Part shown: positions 39,222-48,959 of the stretch, one piece after another | Position numbering within the stretch: position 1 is the first letter of the stretch | Layout of the letters: every line of letters starts with the position of its first letter | NCBI GenBank assembly: GCA_963677895.2 | Contig: CAXXGJ010000025.1 | Span: forward strand, 288,001 to 352,000 | Direction of reading: 5' to 3' | Length of the DNA: 64,000 nt | DNA from: Treponemataceae bacterium | GTDB taxonomy: Bacteria; Spirochaetota; Spirochaetia; Treponematales; Rectinemataceae | Made by a program: the position numbers and the translations under genes | The notes under the pieces: generated by a model | What the model was told of the DNA's origin: nothing | Databases searched by the model: none | Seen by the model: only the letters and a program-made list of their open reading frames with translations

Positions 39222-39779
39222 TCAGGTCTTTTCTACCTGGGTCATATCGACTTCCACGGGCGTGGATCTGCCGAATATGCCCACCATCACCTTGAGGCGA
39301 TTCTTCTCGACATTCACCTCTTCGATGGTGCCGGAGAAGGACTCGAAAGGTCCTTCTATTATCTTCACCTGCTCTCCCTGAGAGTAGGTCTGTTTCATCC
39401 TTATCTGACGATCGCCCTTGAGCTCGCCGGAACGCTGAAGAATGCGCCTGACTTCCTCGTTGGGAATGGGCTGCGGCTTGTTGCTCACATTGGAGCCGAC
39501 AAAACCGGTCACGCCGGTGATCTTCCGTATCCCGGAACAGGTGGCTTTCCAGCCGTTGTCAGGGAGATCCATTTCCACAAGGATATAGCCGGGAAGGATC
39601 TTTCTCGTCACCGTCTTTTTCTTGCCGTCCTTGACATCGGTCACCTCTTCGGTCGGGACCTTTATGTCGGACACGATTTCATGGGATAGATCACCCGCGT
39701 CGATCATCATGCGGATAGTTTTCTCTATCTTGTTTTCATACCCAGAGTAAACATGAAGAATATACCAGGATTTTGCCAT
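39222..39779 (-). CDS. nusG: transcription termination/antitermination factor NusG
   Basis: WYILHVYSGYE, LPGYILVEM, GVTGFVG, KOW domain, IFGRSTPVE. Confidence 0.97.
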   Translation of the reverse strand: MAKSWYILHVYSGYENKIEKTIRMMIDAGDLSHEIVSDIKVPTEEVTDVKDGKKKTVTRKILPGYILVEMDLPDNGWKATCSGIRKITGVTGFVGSNVSNKPQPIPNEEVRRILQRSGELKGDRQIRMKQTYSQGEQVKIIEGPFESFSGTIEEVNVEKNRLKVMVGIFGRSTPVEVDMTQVEKT

Positions 39780-39791
39780 CCTCACTCCGCC

Positions 39792-39974
39792 TTAACGGAA
39801 GACAATTTCAATGCCCAGTACGAGGAGAAAGTCGATCAAACCAAGCAGAAGAGCCACCGCTACCGTCGAGATCACGACTACTTTGGTAGAGGAGATGACA
39901 TCTTCCCTGCTCGGCCAAACGACTTTGGCCAGCTCTGCGTAACTATCTTTGAAGAACTGAACGATCTTCTTCAT
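39792..39974 (-). CDS. secE: preprotein translocase SecE
   Basis: ELAKVVWPSR followed by one TM helix; between tRNA-Trp and nusG. Confidence 0.95.
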   Translation of the reverse strand: MKKIVQFFKDSYAELAKVVWPSREDVISSTKVVVISTVAVALLLGLIDFLLVLGIEIVFR

Positions 39975-40008
39975 GACGGCTCCTTGATACGATAAAAAAC
40001 GCTGGCAA

Positions 40009-40081
40009 CAGGCCAGGAAGGACTCGAACCCTCAACATCCGGTTTTGGAGACCGGCGCTCTACCATTAGAGCTACTGGCCT
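40009..40081 (-). tRNA. tRNA-Trp (CCA)
   Basis: AGGCCAGTAGCTCTAATGGTAGAGCGCCGGTCTCCAAAACCGGATGTTGAGGGTTCGAGTCCTTCCTGGCCTG folds as a cloverleaf; 3' CCA not encoded. Confidence 0.95.
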
Positions 40082-40152
40082 AGGGTGAATCACGAAGCCA
40101 GAGGCCCCGCGATACCATTATCCCAAAAAGACAAAACCCCTGAGGGCCAGCC

Positions 40153-40326
40153 TTATTTGACCTTGGTCTCTTTGTGGAGCGTGTGCTTCTTGTCCCACTT
40201 GCAGTACTTCATCAGCTCAAGCTTTTCCTGCATGGTCTTGCGGTTTTTCGTCGTGGTATAGTTTCGGCGCTTGCACTCAGTGCACTGCAGGGCGATTATC
40301 TCTACCGTCTGTTTCTTTGCAGCCAT
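40153..40326 (-). CDS. rpmG: 50S ribosomal protein L33
   Basis: Hand-translated [57 protein letters not shown]; not in the ORF track. Confidence 0.96.
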   Translation of the reverse strand: MAAKKQTVEIIALQCTECKRRNYTTTKNRKTMQEKLELMKYCKWDKKHTLHKETKVK

Positions 40327-40388
40327 CGTATTATCCTTTCGTGGCGCGACTTAAAATGCCCCGCGCCTGAATGCTAAAAATATGTAAA

Positions 40389-40461
40389 AGCCCCCGAACG
40401 GAATCGAACCGTTGACCTTATCCTTACCATGGATATGCTCTGCCGTCTGAGCTACAGGGGC
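40389..40461 (-). tRNA. tRNA-Thr (GGT)
   Basis: GCCCCTGTAGCTCAGACGGCAGAGCATATCCATGGTAAGGATAAGGTCAACGGTTCGATTCCGTTCGGGGGCT folds as a cloverleaf. Confidence 0.95.
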
Positions 40462-40479
40462 GAGGGTTAGAGCATCGGG

Positions 40480-40508
40480 AATTTATCATTTATAGAGGGT
40501 GATGTCAA
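40480..40508 (-). promoter_or_regulatory. sigma70 promoter heading the tRNA-Thr/rpmG/secE cluster
   Basis: TTGACA-17 nt-TAAATT with a TG extension, 18 nt upstream of tRNA-Thr. Confidence 0.75.
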
Positions 40509-40541
40509 TAGCGTGGAATCGATATTCCATGAAGCTTGGCA

Positions 40542-42161
40542 TCAGGACTGCTTCCGGGAACGTCGGTTTCCGATGGCCGAAGCCAGGGAATAGGCCACCG
40601 AATCCTTGGTGACGACGAGGATTGCGACGCCTATCGCGCCGAAAAGCAGGGCGAGAATTACGAAGGGCAGACCGGCCGCCACAATGCCGGATTTCGACGA
40701 GGCGAAGGCATTGACGAGGGGTGCCTTGAGGAAAAGCACGGGAATGGAGGCGACGAGGGAATAGGCCAGAAGCTTCAGGGCGTAAACGGCGCAGCGTCCC
40801 AAGGCTTCGCTCAAGCCCCGGGTTTTGCCTTTCAGCAGGACGGCGACGAGGATGGCGGTATTCACGGCGCTGGAAAGCGAAAGCGCGAAGGCGATGCCCG
40901 GCCCCTTGAAGGGAAAGGCGAGAAGAGCGACGAGGGCGATGTTGACGGCGAAGCTGGCTATTCCCGCCAGGGCTGGAGTCTTGGAATCGGATCTCGCGTA
41001 GAACGCTGGGGCTATGACCCTGTTGGCGGCGATGAAGGCGAGCCCCGTCTGATGCCAGAAAAAGGCCGAGGCGGTGAGCCGCACCGATTCATCGGTAAAG
41101 CCGCCGCGCTTGAAAAGCAGGGTGACGATCTGCTCGCCCGTGATCATGGAAAAGACCGCGACGGGGATGGTGGCGATCAGCAGGGTCTGGAGCGTCTTTC
41201 CGATGCGCGAGGAATAAAGCGCCCAGTCGCCGCGCTTCACGGCGTCGGTCAGGCCGGGGAGAAGGACGGTGCCGGCCGATACGGCAAAGACGCCGAGGAT
41301 AAGCTCCTGGAGCCGTATCGAATACTGGAGGCTGGAGGCTATGCCCGTCCCCGCCCGCGAGGCGAAGGCCGTGCTCACGAGGTCGTTCAGCTGATAGGCG
41401 GCCATGCCGATGATGGTCGGGCCTATGAGGGCGAATACCTTCCGCATGCCCGGATCCCTGAAAGCCGCGCGCGGCGAGATGAAGCCGAAGCGGATTCCGG
41501 TTTTCAGCACCGCGGGAAGCTGCCACAGGGCTTGGGCCATGCCGCCGGTCACGACGCCGATGGCCATGGCGCGCGCCGGGTTGGGCATCCAGCGGGAAAT
41601 GGCCCAGGGAACGACGATGAAGCAGACGTTGAAGAGGATGGGGGCGAAACCGGAAGGGGCGAATACGCCGAAGGAATTGAGAATGCCCTGGAAGAGCGCC
41701 GCGATGGAGACGAGGGCGAGGAAGGGAAACATGATCCTCGTCAGCACGATGGTCTCAGCCGGATCGGAGCCGAAAGCCTTCACAATCCAGGGCGTCGCGG
41801 CTATGCCCAGGGCTACGACGCTTCCCACGAGGATGAGGAGGACGGTGAGGCTCGAGGAGAGGAACTGCTTCGTCGCTTTTTCGTCTTTATCGTGGAGATA
41901 ACCTTTGAATGTTGGAATGAAGGCCACCGAGATGGAGTTTTCGGCGAAGAGGCGGCGCATGAAGTTGGGGATCATGAAGGAAACGGAGAAGGCGTCGGAA
42001 AGGACGCCCGTGCCGAGGAAGACCGCCTTGGTCATCTCCCGCACCAGACCCAGGACTCTGGAAACCATGGTGAGGACGGAGAGCATGCCGGCGTCCCTCA
42101 CCATCTGCTTTTCTTCGCCTGAGTCGCTCGCGCTCTGATTATCGTCAATTTCGGACATCAT
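40542..42161 (-). CDS. murJ: lipid II flippase MurJ (MviN)
   Basis: TMVSRVLGLVRE, IPNFMRRLFAE, RIMFPF, LFKRGGF, FYARSDSKTP; about 14 TM segments. Confidence 0.94.
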   Translation of the reverse strand: MMSEIDDNQSASDSGEEKQMVRDAGMLSVLTMVSRVLGLVREMTKAVFLGTGVLSDAFSVSFMIPNFMRRLFAENSISVAFIPTFKGYLHDKDEKATKQFLSSSLTVLLILVGSVVALGIAATPWIVKAFGSDPAETIVLTRIMFPFLALVSIAALFQGILNSFGVFAPSGFAPILFNVCFIVVPWAISRWMPNPARAMAIGVVTGGMAQALWQLPAVLKTGIRFGFISPRAAFRDPGMRKVFALIGPTIIGMAAYQLNDLVSTAFASRAGTGIASSLQYSIRLQELILGVFAVSAGTVLLPGLTDAVKRGDWALYSSRIGKTLQTLLIATIPVAVFSMITGEQIVTLLFKRGGFTDESVRLTASAFFWHQTGLAFIAANRVIAPAFYARSDSKTPALAGIASFAVNIALVALLAFPFKGPGIAFALSLSSAVNTAILVAVLLKGKTRGLSEALGRCAVYALKLLAYSLVASIPVLFLKAPLVNAFASSKSGIVAAGLPFVILALLFGAIGVAILVVTKDSVAYSLASAIGNRRSRKQS

Positions 42162-42197
42162 GTTCCTTCGGAAAAAGACAGGCCGATCCCTTAGCCT

Positions 42198-43235
42198 TCA
42201 AGATCTGCGGCTGTCGGCGCAGAAAGAGGCCAGAAGCGAAATCACCTTATCAATATGTTCCTTTTTTATCCAGTAGTGGGCGACAAAACGGGCCAGAGCG
42301 CCCTCCGGAGGGCTGATCCTGACGCCCTCCCCCTCCATGTAGGAAGCCAAGGCCTTCCCGTCCACCCAGGAAGGCAGCCTGAAGAAGACCATGTTGATGT
42401 CGAGGGCGTCTTCCTCGACGCTGAAACCGGGCAGGCCGGCCAATTTCGCGGCCATGTAGCGCGCGTTTTCGTGGTCTTCCCCGAGGCGCGTCGTCATTTC
42501 GCGCAGCGCGATAATGCCGGCCGCGGCGATAATGCCGGCCTGCCTCATGCCGCCGCCCATGATCTTCCTCTTGCGGCGCGCCCTGTCTATGAAGGTTTTC
42601 GGACCGGCGAGCATCGACCCGACGGGAGCGCATAGCCCCTTGGACAGGCAGAACATCACCGAATCGACTTGGGCGGCGATGGCGGCGGCGGGTACGCCCA
42701 GCGAGGCGGCCGCGTTGAAAAGCCTCGCGCCGTCCAGATGGATGGGCAAGCCCTTCGCCAGGGCGAGGGCGGAAATCTCTTTCATATATGAAATGGGAAT
42801 GACCCTTCCGGAGGAATGGGCGTTCTCGAGGCAGATAAGCGACGTGGGAGGATAGTGTATATCGTCGCCGCGAATGCGCGCTTCGATGGCTTCGGGCGGA
42901 AGGATTCCCTTGGGAGCGTCGACGGGACGAGTCTGGACACCGGCGATGATGGAGGCCGCTCCCGCCTCGTGCTGGATGATATGGCACTGCTCTCCCAGAA
43001 TCACTTCGCTGCCCCTGGGGCACCAGGTAAAGAGGGCCAGTTGGTTGCCGAAGGTCCCTGTCGGGACAAAAAGGGCGGCTTCCTTGCCGACGAGCTTGGC
43101 CGCGAGCGTTTCAAGCTCGTTCACGGTAGGATCGTCGCCGTAGACATCGTCGCCCACGGGCGCTTCGGCCATGGCCGCCCTCATGGCCTTGGTCGGCCAG
43201 GTAACCGTATCGCTCCTGAGGTCTATGTATTGCAT
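42198..43235 (-). CDS. ltaE: low-specificity L-threonine aldolase
   Basis: IDLRSDTVT, GDDVYGDDP, HLDGARLFNA, CLSKGLCAPVGS, GGGMRQAG. Confidence 0.93.
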   Translation of the reverse strand: MQYIDLRSDTVTWPTKAMRAAMAEAPVGDDVYGDDPTVNELETLAAKLVGKEAALFVPTGTFGNQLALFTWCPRGSEVILGEQCHIIQHEAGAASIIAGVQTRPVDAPKGILPPEAIEARIRGDDIHYPPTSLICLENAHSSGRVIPISYMKEISALALAKGLPIHLDGARLFNAAASLGVPAAAIAAQVDSVMFCLSKGLCAPVGSMLAGPKTFIDRARRKRKIMGGGMRQAGIIAAAGIIALREMTTRLGEDHENARYMAAKLAGLPGFSVEEDALDINMVFFRLPSWVDGKALASYMEGEGVRISPPEGALARFVAHYWIKKEHIDKVISLLASFCADSRRS

Positions 43236-43254
43236 GCTGTACATCCTTTCCCAC

Positions 43255-43284
43255 AGAATAGCAGGCTTCCCATAGTGTTATCAA
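43255..43284 (-). promoter_or_regulatory. putative promoter for ltaE-murJ
   Basis: TTGATA-18 nt-TATTCT with a TG extension. Confidence 0.5.
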
Positions 43285-43307
43285 GCTTGCGCGATTATGA
43301 TATATCA

Positions 43308-44144
43308 ATGCCAATGAATATCAAGCTTATCGCCCTCGATCTCGACGACACCCTACTGAAGTCCGACCTGAGCATCTCGGAAGCCAACAGGCTCGCCATA
43401 CTGGAGGCCGAGAAAAAAGGCATTGAACTCGTCCTCGCCTCCGGACGCAATTATTTCGCCATGAAGAAATATATAGAATTCCTCGGGCTGGACAGGCCGG
43501 GCAACTTCCTCATCTGCTCGAACGGCGCCGAGATCCTCGAAGCCGAATCGGGAAAAACGAAGGACAGGCTTACCCTTTCGGAGGCTTTCTGCCACGAGGC
43601 GGCGAAGAACATCGAAGCCCATGGTTTCCACTGGCAAGTGTATATGGACGGGAAAATCTACTGCGACGAGCTGAACCCCTGGGCCTTCCTCGACGAACGT
43701 CTCTCGGGCCAGCCGGCCACGCTGGCGCCTCCCAAGGATCTATTGTTCCGCGACGGCCAGCTCAAGTTCGTCATCCCGGGGGAAACCGAGCGCATCGCCG
43801 CGCTCTACGCGGAATTCGCGGAATATTATAGGGGGAAGGCTGAAGTCATGACCTCCAAGCCCTACTTCCTGGAAATCCTGCCCCTGGGCGCCGACAAGGG
43901 CTCGGCGCTGAGGCGCCTGGCGTCCATGCTCGGCCTCCCCATGGAATCGGTGATGGCCATTGGCGACGCGATGAACGATTTCAGCATGATAAAGGCCGCC
44001 GGCTGGGGCTGCGCCCCCGCCAACGCCATGGACGAGATCAAGGCGATCGCCCGCGTCGTGTCGAAAAAAACGAACGAGGAAGACGCCGTCGCCGACCTTA
44101 TTTCTTCGATCGCGCTCGGGAAAGGCCATCCAGAAACAGCATGA
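43308..44144 (+). CDS. Cof-type HAD-IIB hydrolase
   Basis: DLDDTLL, ASGR, SNGA, DKG, AIGDAMNDFSM motifs; TATGAT 6 nt before the ATG. Confidence 0.92.
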   Translation: MPMNIKLIALDLDDTLLKSDLSISEANRLAILEAEKKGIELVLASGRNYFAMKKYIEFLGLDRPGNFLICSNGAEILEAESGKTKDRLTLSEAFCHEAAKNIEAHGFHWQVYMDGKIYCDELNPWAFLDERLSGQPATLAPPKDLLFRDGQLKFVIPGETERIAALYAEFAEYYRGKAEVMTSKPYFLEILPLGADKGSALRRLASMLGLPMESVMAIGDAMNDFSMIKAAGWGCAPANAMDEIKAIARVVSKKTNEEDAVADLISSIALGKGHPETA

Positions 44145-44892
44145 GGCGATGCTGGACGCCTTCGAAATACTCATCCTGAAGGGCTGCCGCGGTTTCCCCG
44201 ATGAAGCGGTAATGCCAGCTTTCCCAGACATAGCCGGTCACCGTCTCCATGCCTTCGGGATAGGAAAGCGAAAAGCCGAAGCGCCCCGCGTTGGCCTTCA
44301 TCCATCTTCCCGCGTCGGTCTTCGCGAAGTCGTCGGTGATGGAGCCGAAATCGGCGGCAGTGCCGAGCTGGTGCTGGCTCGCGCCGGGTACGGCGGAGAC
44401 CCTGGCCGCTTCCTTTTCGCCCATCTCCGCGACATTGCGGGCGAATAGATCTTTCTGGTACGCGTAGCTTCTATAGGCCGAAGAAACGACAATCGTAATG
44501 CCATCGGCTCTGGCCGCCTTATCCATGGCTTTGAGGGCATCGAGCGCCGGCTTCCTGAGCCGGTGGCCCGGCCGGGACAGCGAGAGGCCTGTATTGTCCA
44601 GAACGACGAGGTCGCCTGGTTCGTAGCCGCTCGCGAGACCTTTCTGCTTGTCGGCGCGCGTCAGAAGAAAAGGATCGGCGGCCATTTCCACCTGGATCGC
44701 GTCGATCAGGGCGAAAAAGCGTTCGGGCGAGGCTTCGATCCGTTTGTTGATGGCGGCTGCTGGCGTCGGTTCCATTCCGGATGCGGCGACGATGGCTTTC
44801 ATTTCCTTTATCTTGACGCTTTTGGCCGACTCGCAGCCGGCTACGGAGAGAAAAGCGAGGGTACAGGCGAGGACGAAAAGGATGGATTTCAT
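44098..44892 (-). CDS. M15B D,D-carboxypeptidase (VanY-like) lipoprotein
   Basis: Lipobox-like VAGC, SAYRSY, SQHQLGTAAD (SxHxxGxAxD), WESWHYRF. Confidence 0.88.
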   Translation of the reverse strand: MKSILFVLACTLAFLSVAGCESAKSVKIKEMKAIVAASGMEPTPAAAINKRIEASPERFFALIDAIQVEMAADPFLLTRADKQKGLASGYEPGDLVVLDNTGLSLSRPGHRLRKPALDALKAMDKAARADGITIVVSSAYRSYAYQKDLFARNVAEMGEKEAARVSAVPGASQHQLGTAADFGSITDDFAKTDAGRWMKANAGRFGFSLSYPEGMETVTGYVWESWHYRFIGETAAALQDEYFEGVQHRLMLFLDGLSRARSKK

Positions 44893-44993
44893 TGGAAGCA
44901 GTATAGCAGAGGCTTCCCTTCATGAGGAATGGCCTTGGCGGTCGGGACGCGGAGCTGTTAGGATGAGGGAATGATAGGGCATGAGGAGCGGCG

Positions 44994-45752
44994 ATGACGA
45001 CTGGGCAATATGGCGAGTTCGACAGGATACGCGGCGAATTCAGGGAATACGTGGCTAGGCTCTCGAACGAAGCCCCATGGCTGGGCGCCCTGCAGGAGAA
45101 ACTCCGTCTTTCAATGGGCTACGACGATTACAGCATCGAAACGCCCATAGTCTACAACGAGGCGCTCGACGATATAAGCCCGCGCGACCAGCCGCGATTC
45201 ATCGTCGTGGCGGACAATCCGGGAAAAAACGAGCAGAAAGCCGCCAACAGGCGCTACCTCGTGGGACAATCGGGCAAGCTCGCCCAGGGATGGTTCCTCA
45301 AGGAACTGGGCATGGATTTCAGGGCTTCCTCCCTCATCATCAACAAAACGCCCATCCATACGCCCAAAACCGCCGAGATCGGCCGCATGCGCAAGCTCGC
45401 CAAGGACGAGTCCGCGCGACGGGCCGTCGAGCTGGACCGTCTGCTCGACGAGAGCCAGCGCAGGATGGCCCGTTTCGCCTTCGGGCTCCACGGCTGCCTT
45501 GGAGGCGTCCTCTGGGTTTCAGGATATGGCGAATTGAGACCGAAGGGTCTTTTCTCGGCCTGGGCAGAGGAAATCACGAGCCTTTATGCCGGCGCCAGCC
45601 CGGCCTTGCGCGACAGCGTCTGGGTATTCAGGCATTTTTCCATGAACCAATGCGCCATCGAATACAAGCAGTTCGAGGGAAGTGCCAAGGAACCCATGGC
45701 GAAGCTCGCGGCCATCGGCGCGGCGAACAGGAAGCGGATTCTGGGCTGGTGA
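44994..45752 (+). CDS. hypothetical protein with uracil-DNA-glycosylase-superfamily-like motifs
   Basis: GAGGAG SD; VVADNPGKNE...YLVGQSG...IINKTP...RHFS pattern recalls UDG motifs 1 and 2. Confidence 0.55.
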   Translation: MTTGQYGEFDRIRGEFREYVARLSNEAPWLGALQEKLRLSMGYDDYSIETPIVYNEALDDISPRDQPRFIVVADNPGKNEQKAANRRYLVGQSGKLAQGWFLKELGMDFRASSLIINKTPIHTPKTAEIGRMRKLAKDESARRAVELDRLLDESQRRMARFAFGLHGCLGGVLWVSGYGELRPKGLFSAWAEEITSLYAGASPALRDSVWVFRHFSMNQCAIEYKQFEGSAKEPMAKLAAIGAANRKRILGW

Positions 45753-45818
45753 GCGGCCGGGGCCGCGGCCCCGGCGAGGCGATCGAGGTCCGGCGAGCCG
45801 GCCCCGGCCGCCTCACCA
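45746..45818. terminator. GC-rich inverted repeat between convergent genes
   Basis: TGGTGAGCGGCCGGGGCCG ... CGGCCCCGGCCGCCTCACCA; arms include both stop codons; no U-tract. Confidence 0.45.
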
Positions 45819-46853
45819 CCAGTTCAGCACATCTTCGGCGAAGCCGAGGAAGCGGTCGACCTTCAGGACTCGGCCGTCATCCAAGATGACCTTGCCGGTA
45901 AAATAGCCGAAAACCTGATGCTGCACGGATTTTATCAGAAGGAGATCGGTGGCGCTGTTCCTGTCCACGATGGGCTCGAAATCCATCTCGAAGCGTCCAT
46001 CGGAACTTTCGAATTTCCAGGGGGCGAGATAGTCCGCCGTGTCGATGCGGAAGGTAACCTCCTCCAGCTTGTGGGCGCGTCCTCCGTAGAACAGCATGTT
46101 TTCCGAGGCGGGACTCCGGTCCGAAAAGCCGTAGCCGATATTCCAGCCGAAGGGAAGGCCGTCCAGGAGCCCCGACGCCGAGCCCCAGTACCAGCGATTC
46201 TTGTAGGTCCAGACGCCCCTGCCCCAATCGAGCCCTGCGAAAGCCGAGTCGGGCGCGAATGGATAGCTCCGCGAGCCTAGCTTTACGCTGCCGCTCGCCG
46301 GCATGCAGTTTATCTTCCTGTTGTAATAAAAAGCGCGGCGATTTTCCTTCCAGGAGGTGGCGATGTTCATGCTGTCGGCGTCGGGCGGCTGATCCAGGAT
46401 CAGTTCGGCCTCGAGCCCTCTCGCGCCGTCGGGAGCCACGAAACCGGGACAGGAGGCGGAAATCCGCCGCTTGCCCTTCTCCATCGAGAAGGCGATGGAG
46501 AGTTTGCCGCTTTCGTGCCTGATGAGCCCTTCATCGGAACCTTCCGGAAATCCCGTCTTCCCTAGAGGCATGAAGTTCATATCCTGGAACTGGGCGACTT
46601 TTCCCGAGGCGAAGTCCAGCCAGGCTACGGCGAAAAGCCCCAGATAGCCGAGATCGGATATCGTGAAGGTGATGCCGTATTTCCCGTCGTGGGAAATCAC
46701 GTAGTAATAGTCCCATTCCTTGAGCCGCAGGGCTGATGCCGACACTTTCGACCTGTCGTAGCGCCAGAACGGCTGTCTCGCCCAACCTTCCTCGATGAGT
46801 CGCCCATCTTCCCCGAGAAGCTCCAGCGGACGGACGATTTCCTTTTGCGTCAT
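45813..46853 (-). CDS. DUF2804 family protein
   Basis: RLKEWDYY, FYYNRKINCMPASG, LDWGRGVW, WYWGSASG, GWNIGYGF, QHQVFGYF motifs. Confidence 0.75.
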   Translation of the reverse strand: MTQKEIVRPLELLGEDGRLIEEGWARQPFWRYDRSKVSASALRLKEWDYYYVISHDGKYGITFTISDLGYLGLFAVAWLDFASGKVAQFQDMNFMPLGKTGFPEGSDEGLIRHESGKLSIAFSMEKGKRRISASCPGFVAPDGARGLEAELILDQPPDADSMNIATSWKENRRAFYYNRKINCMPASGSVKLGSRSYPFAPDSAFAGLDWGRGVWTYKNRWYWGSASGLLDGLPFGWNIGYGFSDRSPASENMLFYGGRAHKLEEVTFRIDTADYLAPWKFESSDGRFEMDFEPIVDRNSATDLLLIKSVQHQVFGYFTGKVILDDGRVLKVDRFLGFAEDVLNWW

Positions 46854-46884
46854 GAATTCCTCCTCGTTTGGCTTTGTCTGGCCA

Positions 46885-47937
46885 TCAGCGAACCGTCGAC
46901 AGGATCCAGTCGCCCAGCGCGGCGAGCGCTTCGGGGGCGAAGGTTTCGGAAATAGCCGCGTATTCGTTGGGCAGGCCCGTTACGGCATGCTGGAACAGGT
47001 GATTCAGTCCTTCGAGCTCGAGAAGGCTGTAGTTTTTGTTGCCGGCCGCGTCCAGGGCAAGCCCGATTGCCTTAAGGTTTTCGCCCGCGGGCACCTGCAG
47101 GTCCTTCGTGCCGTTCATGGCGAGCAGGGGAATTCTCAGCGCGGAAAGCGCGGCTGAGGGGTCGAGCGCAAGAAAAACCTTGATCCAGGGACTCAAGAGC
47201 TGACCCGCAATGATTCCCGCCGTCTTGCCGTCCACAGCCGCCGGCAGCGCCGAAATAATTTTCGCCTTCTTCTCTGTATCGTCTCCCTGCTCCATGGCGA
47301 TGGCATAGAGTCTGGCATTGAGGAGGTTGGCTTCTTTGATCGTGTTTTCATCCAAGCCTGAAGCCTCGGCGAGGGCTCTGTTCTGCGAAAGCAGGAGCTT
47401 GTCGCCCCTTATGCCCGGTCCCGCCAGCATGACGACGAAGGAAACGGCGGGATCGCTCGATCCCAGCAGGGCGGCGATGATGGCTCCTTCGCTGTGTCCG
47501 ACGACCCCGACTTTGGTTGGATCGATCTCCGGCCTGGTTGATAGAAAGGCCACGGCCGCCCGGGCATCGGCGGCGAAATCATAGGTCGTCGCCGCGGCGA
47601 AATTCCCGCTCGAACCGCCGACGCCCCTGTCGTCGTAACGCAGGGCCGCTACGCCCCGCCGCGCCAAGTAATCGGCTATGACAAAAAATGGCTTGTGCCC
47701 CATTATTTCTTCGTCTCGGTTTTGGGGTCCCGATCCGGAGACGAGGATGACGGCGGGGAAAGGCCCTTTTCCCAGCGGAAGCGTGAGCGTGCCGGAAAGC
47801 CGTATGCCTGCCGCCTGATTCGTGAATTCCACGTCCTGGGCGGATTGGGGCGATACGGATTGGGCCAAGGCGGGCACGATGGCCGCAAAACCCATGACAA
47901 GTAAAATGGCTATCCTTTTTATTGATGTAATTTTCAT
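46885..47937 (-). CDS. exported alpha/beta hydrolase
   Basis: Signal peptide; SGSGPQNRDE, LRYDDRGVG, GHSEG nucleophile elbow, GTKDLQV, LNHLFQ. Confidence 0.88.
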   Translation of the reverse strand: MKITSIKRIAILLVMGFAAIVPALAQSVSPQSAQDVEFTNQAAGIRLSGTLTLPLGKGPFPAVILVSGSGPQNRDEEIMGHKPFFVIADYLARRGVAALRYDDRGVGGSSGNFAAATTYDFAADARAAVAFLSTRPEIDPTKVGVVGHSEGAIIAALLGSSDPAVSFVVMLAGPGIRGDKLLLSQNRALAEASGLDENTIKEANLLNARLYAIAMEQGDDTEKKAKIISALPAAVDGKTAGIIAGQLLSPWIKVFLALDPSAALSALRIPLLAMNGTKDLQVPAGENLKAIGLALDAAGNKNYSLLELEGLNHLFQHAVTGLPNEYAAISETFAPEALAALGDWILSTVR

Positions 47938-47943
47938 GCGCCT

Positions 47944-47972
47944 ATTGTGACGCATAACTCAGCCCGTCGCAA
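47944..47972 (-). promoter_or_regulatory. putative leaderless promoter of the hydrolase-DUF2804 pair
   Basis: TTGCGA-17 nt-CACAAT, then 6 nt and ATG 47937. Confidence 0.5.
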
Positions 47973-48001
47973 GAAAGCCGCCGCCATTATTCGGCGGCGG
48001 C
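47971..48001 (-). terminator. intrinsic terminator after the SPFH operon
   Basis: GCCGCCGCC-7 nt-GGCGGCGGC followed by TTTCTT on the minus strand. Confidence 0.7.
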
Positions 48002-48038
48002 GAGGATCTTTCAGGAAATGATCATCGACAAGGGGCGT

Positions 48039-48959
48039 TCACTTTCCCAGAAGCTTGTCCGTGTGCCTCGTGATGGCCGCGGGATCGGCCAGGTCGAGGG
48101 GAAGAATAATCTTCGTGCCAGGGGCGGCGAGACCATTGAGAGCGTCGATATAGGCCTCGGCCACCCTGAGCGAAGCCGCGTCGGCGCCGTTGGGAAGGGA
48201 CACGGCCTTGGCGATCGTCTCGATGGACTCGGCTGTGGCCCTCGCGACCGCCAGAATCTCGGCGGCATGACCTTCGGCCTCGTTGATGGCGCGCTGCTTT
48301 TCCCCCGTGCTCTTGTTGACGGCTTCTTCCATGCTGGCCATGGAGTAGTTGATCTTGCTTTCCATCACGCCGAGACTTTTGGCGATCTCAGCGCGTTTGT
48401 CGCGTTCCGCCTTCATCTGCAGTTCCATCGATTTGAGCACCGTGTCCGGCACCTGGATATTCTGTATCTCATAACGCGTCACCTTGACGCCCCAGGGCGC
48501 GGCGGCCTCGTCCAGCGCCCGCACGACCGAGGCGTTGATGGCGCCGCGCTCCTCGAAGGTGCGATCGAGCTCCAGCTTGCCGATGACGGCCCTGATGGTC
48601 GTCTGGGCGAGGAATATGCAGGCGAGGTGATAGTCGGTGACGCCGTAGCTCGCCCGTTTCGCGTCCATGACGCGAAGGTAGAGGACACCGTCCACGTGAA
48701 CCTTGACGTTGTCGGCGGTAAAACATTCCTGGGAGGGCACGTCGACGGCTTGTTCCTTGAGGGTATGCTTGTATGCCACGCGGTCGATGAAAGGCATGAG
48801 GATGTGGAATCCCGCGTCGAGGCTGGAGGAATAGCGTCCGAGGCGCTCGACGATGCTTGTCGACTGGGCTGGGATGATGCGAATCGAACGGACAAGCTGG
48901 ATGACGATAAGGAGGCCGAAGGCGCCCGTTATGATGAATAAAGGAAAGAGCGGATTCAT
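48039..48959 (-). CDS. SPFH/band-7 protein (paraslipin/QmcA-like), copy 2
   Basis: N-terminal TM, VERLGRY, TADNV, WGVKVTRYEI, QMKAERDKRA. Confidence 0.9.
   Translation of the reverse strand: MNPLFPLFIITGAFGLLIVIQLVRSIRIIPAQSTSIVERLGRYSSSLDAGFHILMPFIDRVAYKHTLKEQAVDVPSQECFTADNVKVHVDGVLYLRVMDAKRASYGVTDYHLACIFLAQTTIRAVIGKLELDRTFEERGAINASVVRALDEAAAPWGVKVTRYEIQNIQVPDTVLKSMELQMKAERDKRAEIAKSLGVMESKINYSMASMEEAVNKSTGEKQRAINEAEGHAAEILAVARATAESIETIAKAVSLPNGADAASLRVAEAYIDALNGLAAPGTKIILPLDLADPAAITRHTDKLLGK

Noticed and set aside
40536..42122. 528-aa ORF antisense to murJ
   Set aside because: Mirror frame of a hydrophobic gene, giving a G/E/D-rich pseudo-protein
44098..44892. Vancomycin resistance locus
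   Set aside because: Lone M15B peptidase with no vanHAX or vanRS nearby
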